Translations under genes and position numbers: made by a program | Source of the DNA: a virus | IMG/VR virus record: IMGVR_UViG_3300026078_000018 | Strand: one strand, 5' to 3' | DNA: 64,000 nt | The notes under the pieces: model-generated | What the model was told of the DNA's origin: nothing | Databases searched by the model: none | Seen by the model: only the letters and a program-made list of their open reading frames with translations | Part shown: piece after piece, positions 48,648-59,852 of the stretch | Layout of the letters: each line of letters starts with the position of its first letter | How positions within the stretch are numbered: the first letter of the stretch is position 1

Positions 48648-48865
48648 GCCACGTCCCCGAAGTCGTCGACCGTGAGGATCTCGCCGCCGGAGTTCTTGTA
48701 GGCGATGAGGGCCTCGGCGGCCTGGGTGAGTTCGAGCTGAAGGACCTTCTCCTCGGCGGTGGCATTGAGGAAGGCGGTGACGTTGCCCCCGGGTGCGACC
48801 TTCCTGATGCGCGCAGCGAGATCCGTGGGAACGTGCACATTGAAACGTTCGGTGTGTGCGGCCAT
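48644..48865 (-). CDS. ribbon-helix-helix antitoxin (leaderless)
   Basis: TERFNVHVPTDLAARIR. ATGA overlap with the toxin. TTGCAC-N17-TAAACT ends 7 nt before the ATG and contains TGCAC-N8-GTGCA. Confidence 0.7.
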   Translation of the reverse strand: MAAHTERFNVHVPTDLAARIRKVAPGGNVTAFLNATAEEKVLQLELTQAAEALIAYKNSGGEILTVDDFGDVA

Positions 48866-48981
48866 GAGTGGTAGTTTAGTCGTGCACTGAGTCATGTGCA
48901 AGAGCGATGCGCACGATCTATGCGCAAGGGAACAAACATTCGATCCGCATAATCACTGTTATGCGGAGTCGCCCATCTTAG

Positions 48982-49025
48982 ACTAGTAGACGACTGCACT
49001 AACCATGTGCCATACTAGTAGAAGA
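48982..49025 (+). promoter_or_regulatory. ACTAGT-type promoter 1
   Basis: ACTAGTAGAC...CATACTAGTAGAAGA. TAGACG-N18-CATACT. Confidence 0.7.
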
Positions 49026-49052
49026 ACGCACCGCCGACACCGGGAGGGCACC

Positions 49053-50009
49053 ATGACGATCACCCTCGACGCCGCCGTACTCGCCGCCGGGCCGCAGCGC
49101 CTCGACGACTACGACGTGATCCTGGTGAACTCCAGCGCGGGCAAGGACTCGCAGGCGATGCTGACCGGCGTGGTCGAGATGGCCGACACCCAGGGCGTCT
49201 CCCGCGACAAGATCATCGTGGTGCACGCCGACCTCGGCCGCGTCGAGTGGGAAGGCACCCGCGAGCTCGCCGAGACCCAGGCCAAGGCCTACGGCCTGCG
49301 CTTCGAGGTCGTCGCCCGCGAGGAAGACCTCATCGACCAGATCAAGACCCGGCGCCGCACCCTCGACAACGAGGCGGCCCTGCTTCGGCACGAGTCTACC
49401 GCGCTGTCCAACGCCGGGTTCCCCAACTTCGCACAGCTGGCCTTCGAGGACTCCAACAAGAAGCTGGACACCCCGGCATGGCCCAGCTCCCAGGCGCGCT
49501 TCTGCACGTCGGACCAGAAGACCAGCCAGGTCGCCAAGCTCATGACCGCCCTGGCCAAGGAGCACCGTAAGACCAACCCGGGCGCCGGGCCCATCAAGAT
49601 CCTGAACTGCCTCGGGATCCGGGCCCAGGAGTCGGTGGCGCGCTCCAAGAAGGAGGCCTTCGGCCCCGACCGCCCGGCCAGCAACGGCCGCCGTACCGTT
49701 GACCGCTGGCTGCCGATCTTCGACTGGTCCGAGGAGTTCGTCTGGGAGACGATCCGCCGCTCGGGCCTGCCGTGGCATCCCGCCTACGACGCCGGGATGC
49801 CGCGCCTGTCCTGCGCCTTCTGCGTTCTGTCCGGCCGCCGCGAACTGATCCTGGCCGCCCGCCTGAACCCGGCGCTGGCGGAGACGTACGTGGCCCTGGA
49901 GGACGAGGTCGGCCACACCTTCCGCAAGGACATGAGCATCCGCTCGGTCGCCGAGGCCGCCAAGCAGGCCGGGCCGCTGTCCCTGGACGACTTCAAGACC
50001 GCGGCCTGA
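49053..50009 (+). CDS. PAPS-reductase-family (PP-loop, Fe-S) protein
   Basis: NSSAGKDSQAML, VHADLG..EW, RFCT...K, GIRAQES..R, PIFDW, HPAY..GMPRLSCAFC. Confidence 0.85.
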   Translation: MTITLDAAVLAAGPQRLDDYDVILVNSSAGKDSQAMLTGVVEMADTQGVSRDKIIVVHADLGRVEWEGTRELAETQAKAYGLRFEVVAREEDLIDQIKTRRRTLDNEAALLRHESTALSNAGFPNFAQLAFEDSNKKLDTPAWPSSQARFCTSDQKTSQVAKLMTALAKEHRKTNPGAGPIKILNCLGIRAQESVARSKKEAFGPDRPASNGRRTVDRWLPIFDWSEEFVWETIRRSGLPWHPAYDAGMPRLSCAFCVLSGRRELILAARLNPALAETYVALEDEVGHTFRKDMSIRSVAEAAKQAGPLSLDDFKTAA

Positions 50010-50062
50010 GATCCGACACCTTATATATAGGCCCCCAATTCGCCAGACCCTGGGAGGGCACC

Positions 50063-50341
50063 ATGACGATCACCATCGAGGTCTTCCGGAACGGCTCCGA
50101 CCACTCCTACCGCGCCCACTTCCCCAGCGAGGACCAGGCGCTCGACTTCATCGCCACCCGCACCCAAACCCACAGCTTCCGCGAGCTGGAGGACCACCAA
50201 CTGCCCGAGGACTGCAACCCGGACCTGCAGGCCGCGCTCTACCCCAAGTGCGAGCACGGTCTGTTCCTCGACCTGTGCGCGGGCCCGCAGCACTACGAAT
50301 ACGACGATGACGAGCTGCGCGGCATGGGCTACCGATTCTGA
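50063..50341 (+). CDS. hypothetical protein (CEHG..L.LC.GP.HY motif)
   Basis: Same 23-bp RBS/start block as the PAPS-reductase-family gene. Confidence 0.65.
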   Translation: MTITIEVFRNGSDHSYRAHFPSEDQALDFIATRTQTHSFRELEDHQLPEDCNPDLQAALYPKCEHGLFLDLCAGPQHYEYDDDELRGMGYRF

Positions 50342-50347
50342 CCGCGC

Positions 50348-51112
50348 CTACACCCCGCCGTCGCCCGCCGAGCCCTTCTTGGGCATGGCGGGCTTGTACA
50401 TCGCCCCCGGCGTCGTGGCCGAGAAGTCGTACTCGTAGAGACCCTCATACCCGTCGTGGGTGACCGACATCAGCCACGAGTACACGCGCTCGATAGTCTC
50501 CGGTGGATGCGCGAAGCGGTTGCCCGGCTGGAACGGGCCGTCGGCGAGCACCGCCCAGCCGCGGATGCCGCCGCCGTGCTCGTCGGCGACGGAGGAGAAC
50601 TTCCAGGCCAGAGTCTCTGCGACCTCGGTGTAGTTGTCGCCGGTGACCCAGGACAGCAGCACCGCTTTGAAGCCGTCGACCGCGGCCCGGTCGAACCGCT
50701 TGGGACGGTCGGCCAGGTCCAGGCCGATGCTCCAGGCCAGAGACGTGAGCCGCTCGGCCTCCCACGAGCCTTCCCGTCCTGCGATCAGCGAGCCCGAGTA
50801 CTCCGGCTTGCCCGGCTTCTTGGCGAAGTCGAGGGCGACCTCGCTGAGCGCCACCAGCAGCGAGCCGACCGCCTTGTTCCCGGCCGCGTTGATGACCCGC
50901 CGCAGCTCGGCCGATGACTCCTCGCTGGGCGGCACGACCGGCCGCAGCGGCCCGAACGCCTCGGCCAGCGCCGCATAGTCGTAGGTGGGCTTGCCGTAGC
51001 CGCAGCTGTAGACTATGGCGCCTTCGGCATCGCGGGTGAGGTACCAGCCGGTGTGCTTGGCGTCGACCACGCGCGACGGAGGCATTGCAGCGGATTCAGG
51101 GGTGTCTGTCAT
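50348..51112 (-). CDS. hypothetical protein
   Basis: 254-aa ORF with codon bias. Confidence 0.65.
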   Translation of the reverse strand: MTDTPESAAMPPSRVVDAKHTGWYLTRDAEGAIVYSCGYGKPTYDYAALAEAFGPLRPVVPPSEESSAELRRVINAAGNKAVGSLLVALSEVALDFAKKPGKPEYSGSLIAGREGSWEAERLTSLAWSIGLDLADRPKRFDRAAVDGFKAVLLSWVTGDNYTEVAETLAWKFSSVADEHGGGIRGWAVLADGPFQPGNRFAHPPETIERVYSWLMSVTHDGYEGLYEYDFSATTPGAMYKPAMPKKGSAGDGGV

Positions 51113-51170
51113 GCCAGCCAGCCTAAGCTGCAGGCAGACCGGTGTATGCCAAACCCTGATACTCGACCAA

Positions 51171-51203
51171 TGGACAGTTGCACTAGTGAGGTACTACACT
51201 AGT
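51171..51203 (+). promoter_or_regulatory. ACTAGT-type promoter 2
   Basis: TGGACA-N18-TACACT with two ACTAGT. Confidence 0.7.
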
Positions 51204-51250
51204 AACGAACGCTCCGCCCGCCGAAGCCCGCCCGAGCCCTGGAGGACCCC

Positions 51251-52715
51251 ATGCAGTTCTTGGTCATCAACTTCCGCTCCCACGCCGGTATCGAGTTCAA
51301 CACCAGCGGTCAGCTCGGCAAGTCCGACGTCGAGATCATCGACGAGATCTTGGAGAAGGCCAAGGCCGACGGCGACTACCTGTCCGACGTGGTCCGCGTG
51401 GACGTGTGCTGGAACGGCATGGTCAAGCACGAGTACATCGTGCACAGCGGCCTGCGCACCACCCACTACATGTACATCGGCCCGGAGCGCCGCCGCCAGA
51501 AGATGAACGACTCGCGCGAGCTCTCCGACCTGTTCGGCAAGGACGAGCCGGTCCTGCGCGGCGCCGCGGCCGTCGGCGGCATCGACTACACCGTGGCCCA
51601 CATCTCCAAGACCGGCGCGCGGGTCACTCTGATCCCGGTCTGGGCCGACAGCAACGGGCACCGGATCGCGCTCAACGTCACCCGCCGGAAGGTCGGCGGC
51701 TACTGGACCGGCAAGAACCGCGTCGCCTTCAACGCCGCGGCCTAAGACCAGGAGCAGAACCCCATGACAGATCCCATCTACGACGCCTCCGCACGTGCGG
51801 AGGCGTCCGCCTTGTTTGCGCAGCTGAAGGCGATCCTGGAGCCCGACACCGCCGATGGGGAGGAAGACCTCGACGACGCCCGGTTCGACCTGCTCACCCA
51901 GATCCAGGAGTGGGCGATCGGGCAGAACTACCCCGGCAGCCGTCGGACCTCCGCTTACCTGGTTACGCTGCAGCACACCCTCAGGGATCAGGCCGCCGAC
52001 GACATGCTCCGGCTGCTGTGCCGGATCCGCGGCGTCACCTCCGTGGTCCCGGTCGAAGATGACTACCAGCAGCGCATCGGCGGCGAGCGCGTCAGGGCCG
52101 AGCTTGCCGACAAGCTGTTCGCCCTGGGCCGCGAAGTCATGAAGTAACTACGCCCCGAGTTATTCTGGAGTTGATATGGCTCTCTCATATTTTGCCCGCG
52201 AGAACGCGACCTTCGCACCGCGGCGCATCCTCATCAAGCTCGACCGCGGCCAGCGCGAAGGAGACATCTGGGCCGTCGTGGACGCCCGCAGCGGGGCCTA
52301 CTACGGCGTCGTGGAGAACGAGCAGGTGTGGGGCGCCCGCGACTGGGAGGGTCTGAGCCTGAACGTCCCGGTCAGCAACTACGCCGCCCCGGACACGACT
52401 CCGGAGGCCTGGGCCAATCGGTTGGTGGACCGGGCCGACAAGAAGGGCGGCCTGCCCGTCCCGGAGGACCCGGAGGAAGCACTCGGCATGGTCGGCGACT
52501 TCCTGTTCCTGCCCGGCGGTAGCACGCGCCGGTTCAACGTCTACACCGTCGGCGGGACGCACCTGGGCACCGTGGAGAGGCCGACGCAGCCGCTCGCGCA
52601 GGGGATCTGGTGGGCCACGCCCGCCTCTCAGGACGAGAAGCTCATGTACGACGTCGCCGAGGCCTTCACCCGCGTCGGGGCGGCCTCCCAGCTGCCGCGC
52701 GACAGCGGCTTGTAG
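51251..52715 (+). CDS. three hypothetical ORFs (51251-51745, 51764-52147, 52176-52715)
   Basis: RBSs; terminator hairpin at ~52736-52767. Confidence 0.65.
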
Positions 52716-52791
52716 CGAACCGGATGCGGTGTGTCAGGCCTCGTCGACATGATGTCGGCGGGGCCTTTCTGGTGCGAATGCCTGATACCGG

Positions 52792-52824
52792 TAGACCTCA
52801 CTAGTAGTGACCTACTACACTAGT
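52792..52824 (+). promoter_or_regulatory. ACTAGT-type promoter 3
   Basis: TAGACC-N18-TACACT with two ACTAGT. Confidence 0.7.
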
Positions 52825-52855
52825 ATCAGAACGCGACGATGAGGGAGGGCAGCCC

Positions 52856-53584
52856 ATGGACACCATCGCGATCGGGACCGCCACCAACAGCGGGAAGATC
52901 CACCTCGGCACCAACCTGTTCAGCTCGATCACACAGCATCTGATGTGCAAGCTGCACTCCCGACAGCCGATGACCAACATCATCGGCATGTCCGATGCCG
53001 AAGGGGTCGAGGGCACCGTCGCCCTGCTGTTGAAGCACGAGGTGCTGCCGTCGCGGCTGTGCCGCTCCTGCTTCCCGCCCCGCACCATGGCCACCTACCA
53101 GGCCGCCATCCGTGAGGCGATCGAGCAGGAGAAGGCGGCCGAGGCCGCAGCGGCCCCGGAGTCCGCGCCGACGTACCCGGCCCAGCTGGGCGACGACGGC
53201 CGCAAGTGGTGGGTCGTGGAATGCGGCGACCTCGACGAGCGCCTGGTCGACGCCAGCCACCCGCGGTTCGCCATCGCTGCCGTCCGCAAGCTGCTGATCA
53301 AAACCGAGCGCCGCGAGGGCGTGTCGCTGACTCGCGCCCAGCAGTGGGTGGCGGTGCAGAAGTTCAAGACCGCGGGGCCACTCACCACCGCGCAGGCCTA
53401 CCAGCGCTACCGCCGACACGCCCTGTACGCGGCGTGCGAGCTGGCCAGCGGCCCCTGGGGTCTGCAGGGCGTGACCGAGGACCGGGAGCGGCTGATCGAG
53501 ATCCTCAGCGAGGAGGGGCTAGAGCACGTCGAGGGCAAGGTGCTGGCCCGGTTCATGACGGACAAGCGGGGCATCGTTATCTGA
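52856..53584 (+). CDS. hypothetical protein with an H..C..CxxC motif
   Basis: GKIH...LMC...LCRSC. Confidence 0.65.
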   Translation: MDTIAIGTATNSGKIHLGTNLFSSITQHLMCKLHSRQPMTNIIGMSDAEGVEGTVALLLKHEVLPSRLCRSCFPPRTMATYQAAIREAIEQEKAAEAAAAPESAPTYPAQLGDDGRKWWVVECGDLDERLVDASHPRFAIAAVRKLLIKTERREGVSLTRAQQWVAVQKFKTAGPLTTAQAYQRYRRHALYAACELASGPWGLQGVTEDRERLIEILSEEGLEHVEGKVLARFMTDKRGIVI

Positions 53585-53585
53585 T

Positions 53586-53629
53586 ACTAGTAGACAACTC
53601 TAGTACTTGTATGCGATACTAGTAGAAGA
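53586..53629 (+). promoter_or_regulatory. ACTAGT-type promoter 4
   Basis: ACTAGTAGAC...GATACTAGTAGAAGA, same geometry as promoter 1. Confidence 0.7.
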
Positions 53630-53652
53630 GCAGTCGACGAGAGGGGACCGCG

Positions 53653-56600
53653 ATGGCCGTCAAGCAGATCACCATCCAGGAACCGGAGACCGAGACCACG
53701 CTGCTGGCGGCCGAGGACTTCCGGCCCGGCTGGCGCTACTGGTCGGTGTACCCCGGCGCCGAGAACGCCTGGACCATCGCCTCGGTCCGCATCTTCGAGG
53801 CCGAGTACCAGGTGCAGCGCGACGGCAAGATCATCACCCCCACCCTGGTCGAGCACATCCGTCGCGACGGCAACACCCGCATCCTGGAGCTCGGCGAGCA
53901 GGTCGCCATCCAGGGCCCGTGGAAGACGGAGGCCTGAAATGGCTGAGCTGAACCTGCGCTCGGGGCGCTCTCGCGGTCGCGGCGCCGTCCACGCCCCGCA
54001 CCCGGACTACACCGGCAACGAGCGCCGCCCGCTGTGCCCGGCCACCACCAAGTGGGGCCACGGCTTCTGGTGGGACGGCGTCATCAACGAGGTCACCTGC
54101 CGCGCTTGCCTGCGGCTCCTGGGTCACACGGTCCCCGAGCCCAAGTCGACGGTGTCGGACCGGCCGTACAAGGCGATCGCCCGCGCCCTGCACAGCGTCG
54201 GCCTCAAGCGCGGCCGCGACTTCGGCACGAACGTCGTCTACGAGCGGCACCGCTACGGCAAGGACCGGATCAAGAACCCGTCCTACACGCTGGTGCACAT
54301 TCGCACCGACCACGCCGCCGCGGTGGTGCTGGAGCGGGCCGCCGACATCCTGGCCGCGGCGCGCGCCGACGGAGGCTTCGGCTTCACAATCAGCGCCGCC
54401 CCCGACCGGCCGGTCACCCGCTGGCACATCATGATCGCCAACCAGTCCGGCGCCTGGGGCGAGGGATGGGAAGTGATCGCCACCTGACCGCGGGCCGCCG
54501 ACTTGGTCCAGATCCTCTTCAGAAGGAGCCTGAGATGTTCGTCTTCAACGTCGCCGTCCCGGCCGTCTCCACCGTGCACGCTCCCAACACCGAGATCCCC
54601 CAGGGCCAGGACTGCTGGCCGCTATGCCGCACCTTCAGCAATACCCGGGGTCTGCGGTATCAGGAAGTCGATGCTCCGGTGAACTGCAAGAAGTGCCTGG
54701 CGGCGCTCACGGCCCAGGAGGCCGAGCAGCAGGCTCTCGCCGAGCGGCACGCCATGGAATCCCTGATCCACCCCGGGGCGCTGGACGCCCTCGCAGAGGC
54801 GATCCGCAACGCGGAGATGCTGGTCACCACTTGGCAGAACTGGGCCGCGAAGGCTCAGAGCGATGGTCACGGGGCCAGCGCCCGGAAGTTCATGGCCGAT
54901 GCCGACCGGCACCAGGCCATCGCGGACTCTCTGAAGACCATCCGCAGCATGGCCTCCGCGCTGGTGGCCGCCGAGCAGGCCCGGAGGTAACCCGCATGAC
55001 GTCCACCTCAGCCAACATCGAGATCCCCGCTGCCAAGTTGCGCCGCCACCAGCTGTTGGCCATCCCGGGCAAGCCTGCTTCCTATGCCCTGATCAGCAAC
55101 GTGGAGCTGATCGGCAACAAGCCGCCGATCGACACCGACGACGTCTGCGTCACCGTCTACGAGAACGGCGTCCCGGGCAACAGCCCGATGTACGTGTTCG
55201 CGCCGTCATACCGAGTGCAAGTGTGCCTGATGGTCGCGGAGTTTCCGGCAGGGGCCCGGCCGCCGGTGACGGAGGTCGAGTGGCCGCCGCGCTGCATCGA
55301 CAGTCCGTCCAAGAAGGTCGGCGACCGCGTCCGGCACCTGGACCACAACCCGAACCACGACCCCAAGTACCGCATCGCGGACTACGACACCGGCACCGGC
55401 CGCATCGCCGACTACCTGCCCGAGCAGGACCGCTACAGCATCGACTGGGACGAGGACGCCCCGAGCAAGCCCAACCCGGTCGCGTGGTCCGACATCGTCG
55501 GCTGCGACGACCCCCTCTACGGGAACGAGGGCATCTGATGGTGAAGAAGCAGCAGTGGATGATCCTGGACTGGCAGGAAGGCCTGGTACGGATCGAACCC
55601 ACCCGCCGGGCAGCGGTGGCCTGGTGCACCGGATATGCCGGACACCAGGTGGAAAGCCGCGACAAGTTCCGCGACGGCGCCTACCGCTACGTCTTCGGCT
55701 ACGGCGACGGCTCGGACTCCGGATTCTCCCAGTTCATCGAGCGCGAGGACATCGCGCACAGGGACTGGAGCGAGGCGCTGGCGAAGGGCCCCAAATACCC
55801 ATACGCCGACCGCCCCTACGTCCAACGGGAGTCCTGACATGGCGCTGAAGTTCCGGCACGGCCTCCACCGAGACACCGGCGAGCCGCTAAGCGTGGCGGT
55901 CGTCCAGGTGACCCACTACCTGGAGCGCAAGACCCTGGTGGAGCTGCTGGTCGCCAGCCAGCTGTGTCGAGACCAGTATGGCGAGCACGACACCGGCGCC
56001 TCTGAACCGGCCCAGGCCGAGTTGCTGGACGGCGTCCGGCGCATCCTGCGGGCCTACGGCCAGTGCGGTTCTGAGGCCGCGGGTGACCTGTACGGCTTGC
56101 CCGACAGGCGCTGGGAGTGGGCTCGCCGCCAGGCCGACCGGCTATGGCCGGTGAAGGAGGCCTAAGTCGTGCCCGAGAAGATCCGCGACACCGCTGAATT
56201 CGCGTTCATCGAGACGATGGCCAGCGGTGTCGTCCACATCGAGGTCCACTACGCCTCCTACGACGACCCCTTCGAGGAGGCGCGCGGCGGCCAGCCGCCG
56301 GAGAAAGTACCCTTCGCCGAAGGCATTCGCGCGATGGTGTTGGGGCCGCACATCGTGCTCTGCGGGGCGAAGACCTACCCGACGGCCGAGCGCACCCACC
56401 ACTACACCGACTGTTTCCCTGACGAGAAGCTGTGCCAGCAGTGCCACCGCAGGCTGCACCCCGACGACATCGAGCGCGCCTTCCGGCACGCCCAGCCCGA
56501 CGATCCGCAGGAGGAATGATCATGGCCGAGTTCACGGCCTGGTTCCAGGTTGACGGGCAGCGTGTCGAAGTGCCCTTCACCGTCAAGGACGAAGACATCG

Positions 56601-58670
56601 CCGCGATCAACTTCAACCCCCGCGCGCTGGTCGCCGACTATGCACGGGATGCGCTGAAGGACCACATCAGGTGGGGCTTCGAGCCCGTCGGTGAGCACGC
56701 GGTCCCCATCACGGGTGCCAACCTCCCCGTCTGGCCTGAGTAGAAAGAAGACCCACATCGTGAAGACCATCGCAGACCTGATCGCCGAGCTGGCCACGCT
56801 CGACCCCAGCACTTCTCTCATCCAGTCCAAGGACGCCGAAGGCAACCGCTTCTCGCCGGTCGCGGACATCTCCATCGGCTTCTACCGGGCCGAGAACACC
56901 TACAGCGGCGAGTTTCTGACGCCCCTGACCGCCGAGGACCGCGCCAGCGGCAGGTACAGCGAGGAGGACGAGTACGAGCCGCAGGACGGCGACGTGGCGG
57001 CCGTTTGCTTCTGGCCGACGAACTGAATAGGGAGGAAGTCCGACGTGAACGACGAGCGTACCTACGAGATCAACGAGTTCCTGAAGGGGCAGATCGCCGA
57101 GCAGCTGAAAGGCGCGATGGACGCGCAGGAGCGGACGCGCAAGGCCGCGATCAAGGTACTCGAAGCCGGATCCGGCCCGTTCGGGATGACCGACGAGCAG
57201 GGCGTGCCGGACCTCGGTACCTACGTCACGTGGCTGGAGCTGCGGCAGCTGTACCGGCGCACTCAGGAGAGCGCTTACGACCGGCCGGAGGCCGACTTCC
57301 TGTCCAGCATCGAGGAGCGGCGCACCGCCGTCACCCGGGAGCTGGCGTTCCTCGCCAGGCAGAACATCACCGGGATGCCCCAGAACCCGTATGCCGAGGC
57401 CGAGCTGCGCGCCAGGATGCGCGGCTACGGCGAGTTCCTCGCCGACATCGACCGCATGCTGCGGCAGGTCAAGGAGCGCTTCCCGGCCGAAACCGCCAGC
57501 GCCGAAGACTCCAAGGTGGGAGGATCCTGACATGTCGCCGATTACCTCCGTGACCTATCACATCCACACCCCGACTCTGGCCGAGGTCCAAGCCGTCGTC
57601 CCGTTCGACATCAACCCACTCGACCGGCGCACCGCCTCCTGGTACTTGCTCGGCATCGTCTTCGGCCGCGACGACGAGAAGATCTGGGACGGCTCAGGGC
57701 CCGGTCCACGTCTCAGCTGGCCCGGCGGCTTCAACACCGACGATCCGGTCATCGCCATCGCACTGTCGCTCTGCGGCGACCTCATCGAACCGGCGGAGCT
57801 CGGCCTGGATCTGCTGCAGATGTTCATGCAGCTCGACGTCGAGCGCACCACCGCGGTCCTCACCGCGATGCTGCTGTACCAGCACATCGACGACGGCACC
57901 TGGGGGCCGACGGTGGACGCGCGTCAGGCGAAGGAGGAGGAGCGCATCGCGGCGCTCCCGGCGGGTGCGCCGGACTTCGACGACACCTCGGAACGAGTGC
58001 AGGAGGAACTGGCATGATCGATCTGGGGAAGTGGCCGCGCCTGTTGGTGACCGGTGATCGCGTGACGAACGAGCAGGCCGACGAAATCATCATCCGGACC
58101 ACCAGCCGGATGTTCTTCACCAACGACAAGACCTGGGAGAAGCAGGCCCTGGAGATCCTGGGTATCCCAGAGCTAATCTACGGCGGTGGCGAGGGCTGGG
58201 CCGAAAGGTTCCGAGAGCACAAGGCAGCCTGGGACCGGTTGGGCAACCTGTCGCTGGAGTATTTGACCACCTCACAGATCGCCTCGGCGACCATCGGCGG
58301 CCCGCACGGCTGGTGCGACTGGAACGGCTGGATCTTCAGCGATCAGCACAACATCGGCAAGTGGCCCAGCCACGAGACCGTCACCAAGGAATGGACGAAG
58401 ATCGCCCAGGCGTTCCCTTACCTGCGGCTGCGCGCACAGCTGATCTCCGACGAAGGCGCAGGAGAGCTCGCGGGCACCTGGGACGTCACGCAGGGCGCCG
58501 TCACCTTCCGGGAGGACGTCACCGAGTTGGTGACCCCTCCGACGGAGATGTCCGACAACCTCATCGTCGCCAGCGTGCTGCTGGGCATGGAGCAGGGCGT
58601 CGGGGCCGAGCGGCTCACGCAAGCGGTTCAGCGCCTCACCGGACAGCTGGAGACGGCTCAGAAGCCGTAG
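53653..58670 (+). CDS. operon of 12 small hypothetical ORFs (53653-53937, 53939-54487, 54535-54990, 54996-55538, 55538-55837, 55839-56165, 56169-56519, 56516-56743, 56760-57026, 57045-57530, 57532-58017, 58014-58670)
   Basis: Tight packing, RBSs, codon bias. Confidence 0.6.
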
Positions 58671-58727
58671 CAGACACGACAGGGCCCCGCCACGCCACGA
58701 GGAGCGTGCGGGGCCCTGTCGTGTCTG
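58671..58727. terminator. bidirectional terminator between convergent operons
   Basis: CAGACACGACAGGGCCCCGC / GCGGGGCCCTGTCGTGTCTG. Confidence 0.8.
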
Positions 58728-59387
58728 TCAGGCCCGCGGTGCGGTGTTGGAGGGCTTGGAGCCCTTGTTGTACTCCAGCACCGCGGTCTGGGCGAGCACG
58801 TTCAGGGGTGCGTCCACGTACAGGATCGGGCCGTCCCAGAAGACGTATACGTCGTCCGGCGTGAAGAAGAACTTCCCGGAGGCTCCGCCCTCGTTCGGAC
58901 CGAACGACAGGTCGTCGCTGGGCAGCTCGACCGGCACGTTGCCGCCACCGCCGGAGTTGCCGCCGTTGGCGGACTTGTAGACGCCTGTGCCGCTGGTCAT
59001 CATCGACTGCGTCGAGGAGATCTTCCCCTTCACCGGGAACACCGCGGCCAGCTGCCCCATAGTGAAGCAGTACGCCCAGCCCAGCTTCGACGGGTCGTTG
59101 AACCGCAGCAGCTTCTCGCGCAGGTTCCGCATCTCCAGCGAGTCCGTCAGCAGCGCCGCCGGGTAGGAGGTCGCGGGCTTCGTCTTGATCGCGTTGTACG
59201 GGGTGATCGTCTGGCTTTCCTGCTGCTTCTGCAGGTCGTTGACGTCTCCGGCGGGCTGGGTCACTTTTCCTCCTGTGCTGGATGAGCTGTCGGCTTCGGC
59301 GCCGAAGCCGACAGCGGCGATCCCGGCCGCACCGGCGGCGACGGCCGTGGAGCGGGTGAGCAGCTGACGGCGTGAGGTGTCGGTCAC
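58728..59387 (-). CDS. exported protein with a Tat-like signal
   Basis: SRRQLL followed by a hydrophobic stretch. SLE..NL...GK.SS..S.MT...DD.SFG.N...FFFT core. Confidence 0.65.
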   Translation of the reverse strand: MTDTSRRQLLTRSTAVAAGAAGIAAVGFGAEADSSSSTGGKVTQPAGDVNDLQKQQESQTITPYNAIKTKPATSYPAALLTDSLEMRNLREKLLRFNDPSKLGWAYCFTMGQLAAVFPVKGKISSTQSMMTSGTGVYKSANGGNSGGGGNVPVELPSDDLSFGPNEGGASGKFFFTPDDVYVFWDGPILYVDAPLNVLAQTAVLEYNKGSKPSNTAPRA

Positions 59388-59821
59388 GGGGTGGTCTCGC
59401 ATTCCTGGGTCGAGTCGACGCTGGCCGGGTCCTCGGACGGCCGCCAGTCCTTCATGGTCACGTTGAGTGTGTCGGCGTTGTACTGGTTGACCGCGGTGCG
59501 GCAGATCTGCTGCTCGGAGGTGAGGACCGACTGCTGGTAGGCGTCGGCCGGGTTGGTCTTGAGCACCGCGGCCGCCGACTGGATGTTGCTGTGGTAGCTC
59601 TGGATGTCACTCCACAGCTTGTTGAACTCGGCCTGCGCGGCGATGCGGTTGTTGGCATCGTTGTTCTTGATCCGGACGTCCCCCGCGCCCTTGGCCGGGG
59701 CCGTGGCGACCCGGAACGCCCAGGCCCCGACGGCGATCAGCACCACCGCCGCGATGAAACCGATCACCCAGGCCGCCAGGCGGCCGGGCCGCACCTTGTC
59801 GTACTCGTCGAAAATGGACAT
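59384..59821 (-). CDS. membrane-anchored helical protein, partner of the previous gene
   Basis: N-terminal TM. C..AV.QYNA motif. Confidence 0.65.
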   Translation of the reverse strand: MSIFDEYDKVRPGRLAAWVIGFIAAVVLIAVGAWAFRVATAPAKGAGDVRIKNNDANNRIAAQAEFNKLWSDIQSYHSNIQSAAAVLKTNPADAYQQSVLTSEQQICRTAVNQYNADTLNVTMKDWRPSEDPASVDSTQECETTP

Positions 59822-59852
59822 GCCCTACTCCAGGTGGTGTGTCGGTACGGGG

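Noticed and set aside
48982-53629. ACTAGTAGA pairs as CRISPR repeats
   Set aside because: Too short, spacing varies, and they coincide with -35/-10 elements, so they fit promoters or operators better.
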